Shown here in pieces: positions 63,586 through 64,000 of a DNA stretch of 64,000 nucleotides. Below the pieces are notes generated by a model. It made no database searches. It was given only the letters and a program-made list of their open reading frames with translations, and was not told where the DNA came from. This DNA comes from Octopus sinensis (taxonomy: Eukaryota). A program made the translations under genes and the position numbers. The first letter of the stretch is position 1, and the number at the start of each line of letters is the position of its first letter. The DNA lies in assembly GCF_006345805.1 (NCBI RefSeq), contig NC_042997.1:167648001-167712000 (forward strand). The letters run 5' to 3'.

Positions 63586-64000
63586 GTAAGAGTTACTTTG
63601 AAGAAGGTAGAAGTATCCCATATCAAAACAAAGCCTTACTATATCTTTCACTGATAGCTCTGAACTACTCAGACCAGTTGTTTACAGTGTGTGTGCACCA
63701 TGTATATTGTGCACTGTCTATAGTTAAGAGTTGTACTGTGATATTTTGATGCAAGTTAGAATATGATAAGATATATTAGAAAAAGTAATTGCATATGTAT
63801 TGGTGAAATGCAATGTGCATGTCCATCTCTGTTTTAAAACAATTTTAATATACATTTTCCATATAATAAAACTTTTAAAAAGCTAATGGCATGTTGTAGC
63901 AGTTTTAGCTCTTTATTTATTGTACTGGGAACTGAAAAATGTTGAAAATTGCTTAGTCTTGCCTGACTTTTGCAAACCATTCATTCACCATTCACTTCCT

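Overview
AT-rich, microsatellite-dense eukaryotic genomic DNA. The SINE/LINE families and (TA)n content suggest an octopus/cephalopod (inference). The only well-supported protein gene is an SLC41A (MgtE-family Mg2+ transporter) on the + strand: first coding exon 48701-49188 (ATG 48754) and next exon 63478-63585, continuing past the window. Its promoter probably lies near 41.2-41.9 kb and may be shared with a divergent, spliced minus-strand small-ORF transcript. Most of the rest is transposable element debris: RTE LINEs with a structured tandem-array 3' module that also occurs as many short copies, two tRNA-type SINE families, and Penelope, L1-Tx1, CR1-group and R4/Dong LINE pieces. Helitrons, Tc1/mariner, pogo/Tigger and hAT elements are also present. 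The main leads are three hammerhead-ribozyme-like motifs (one at an L1-Tx1 insertion boundary), overlapping uORFs on the Mg2+ transporter start, a two-3'-end mariner fold-back and an inverted repeat pair around the ATG exon, the RTE 3' array module, and inverted Helitron termini.
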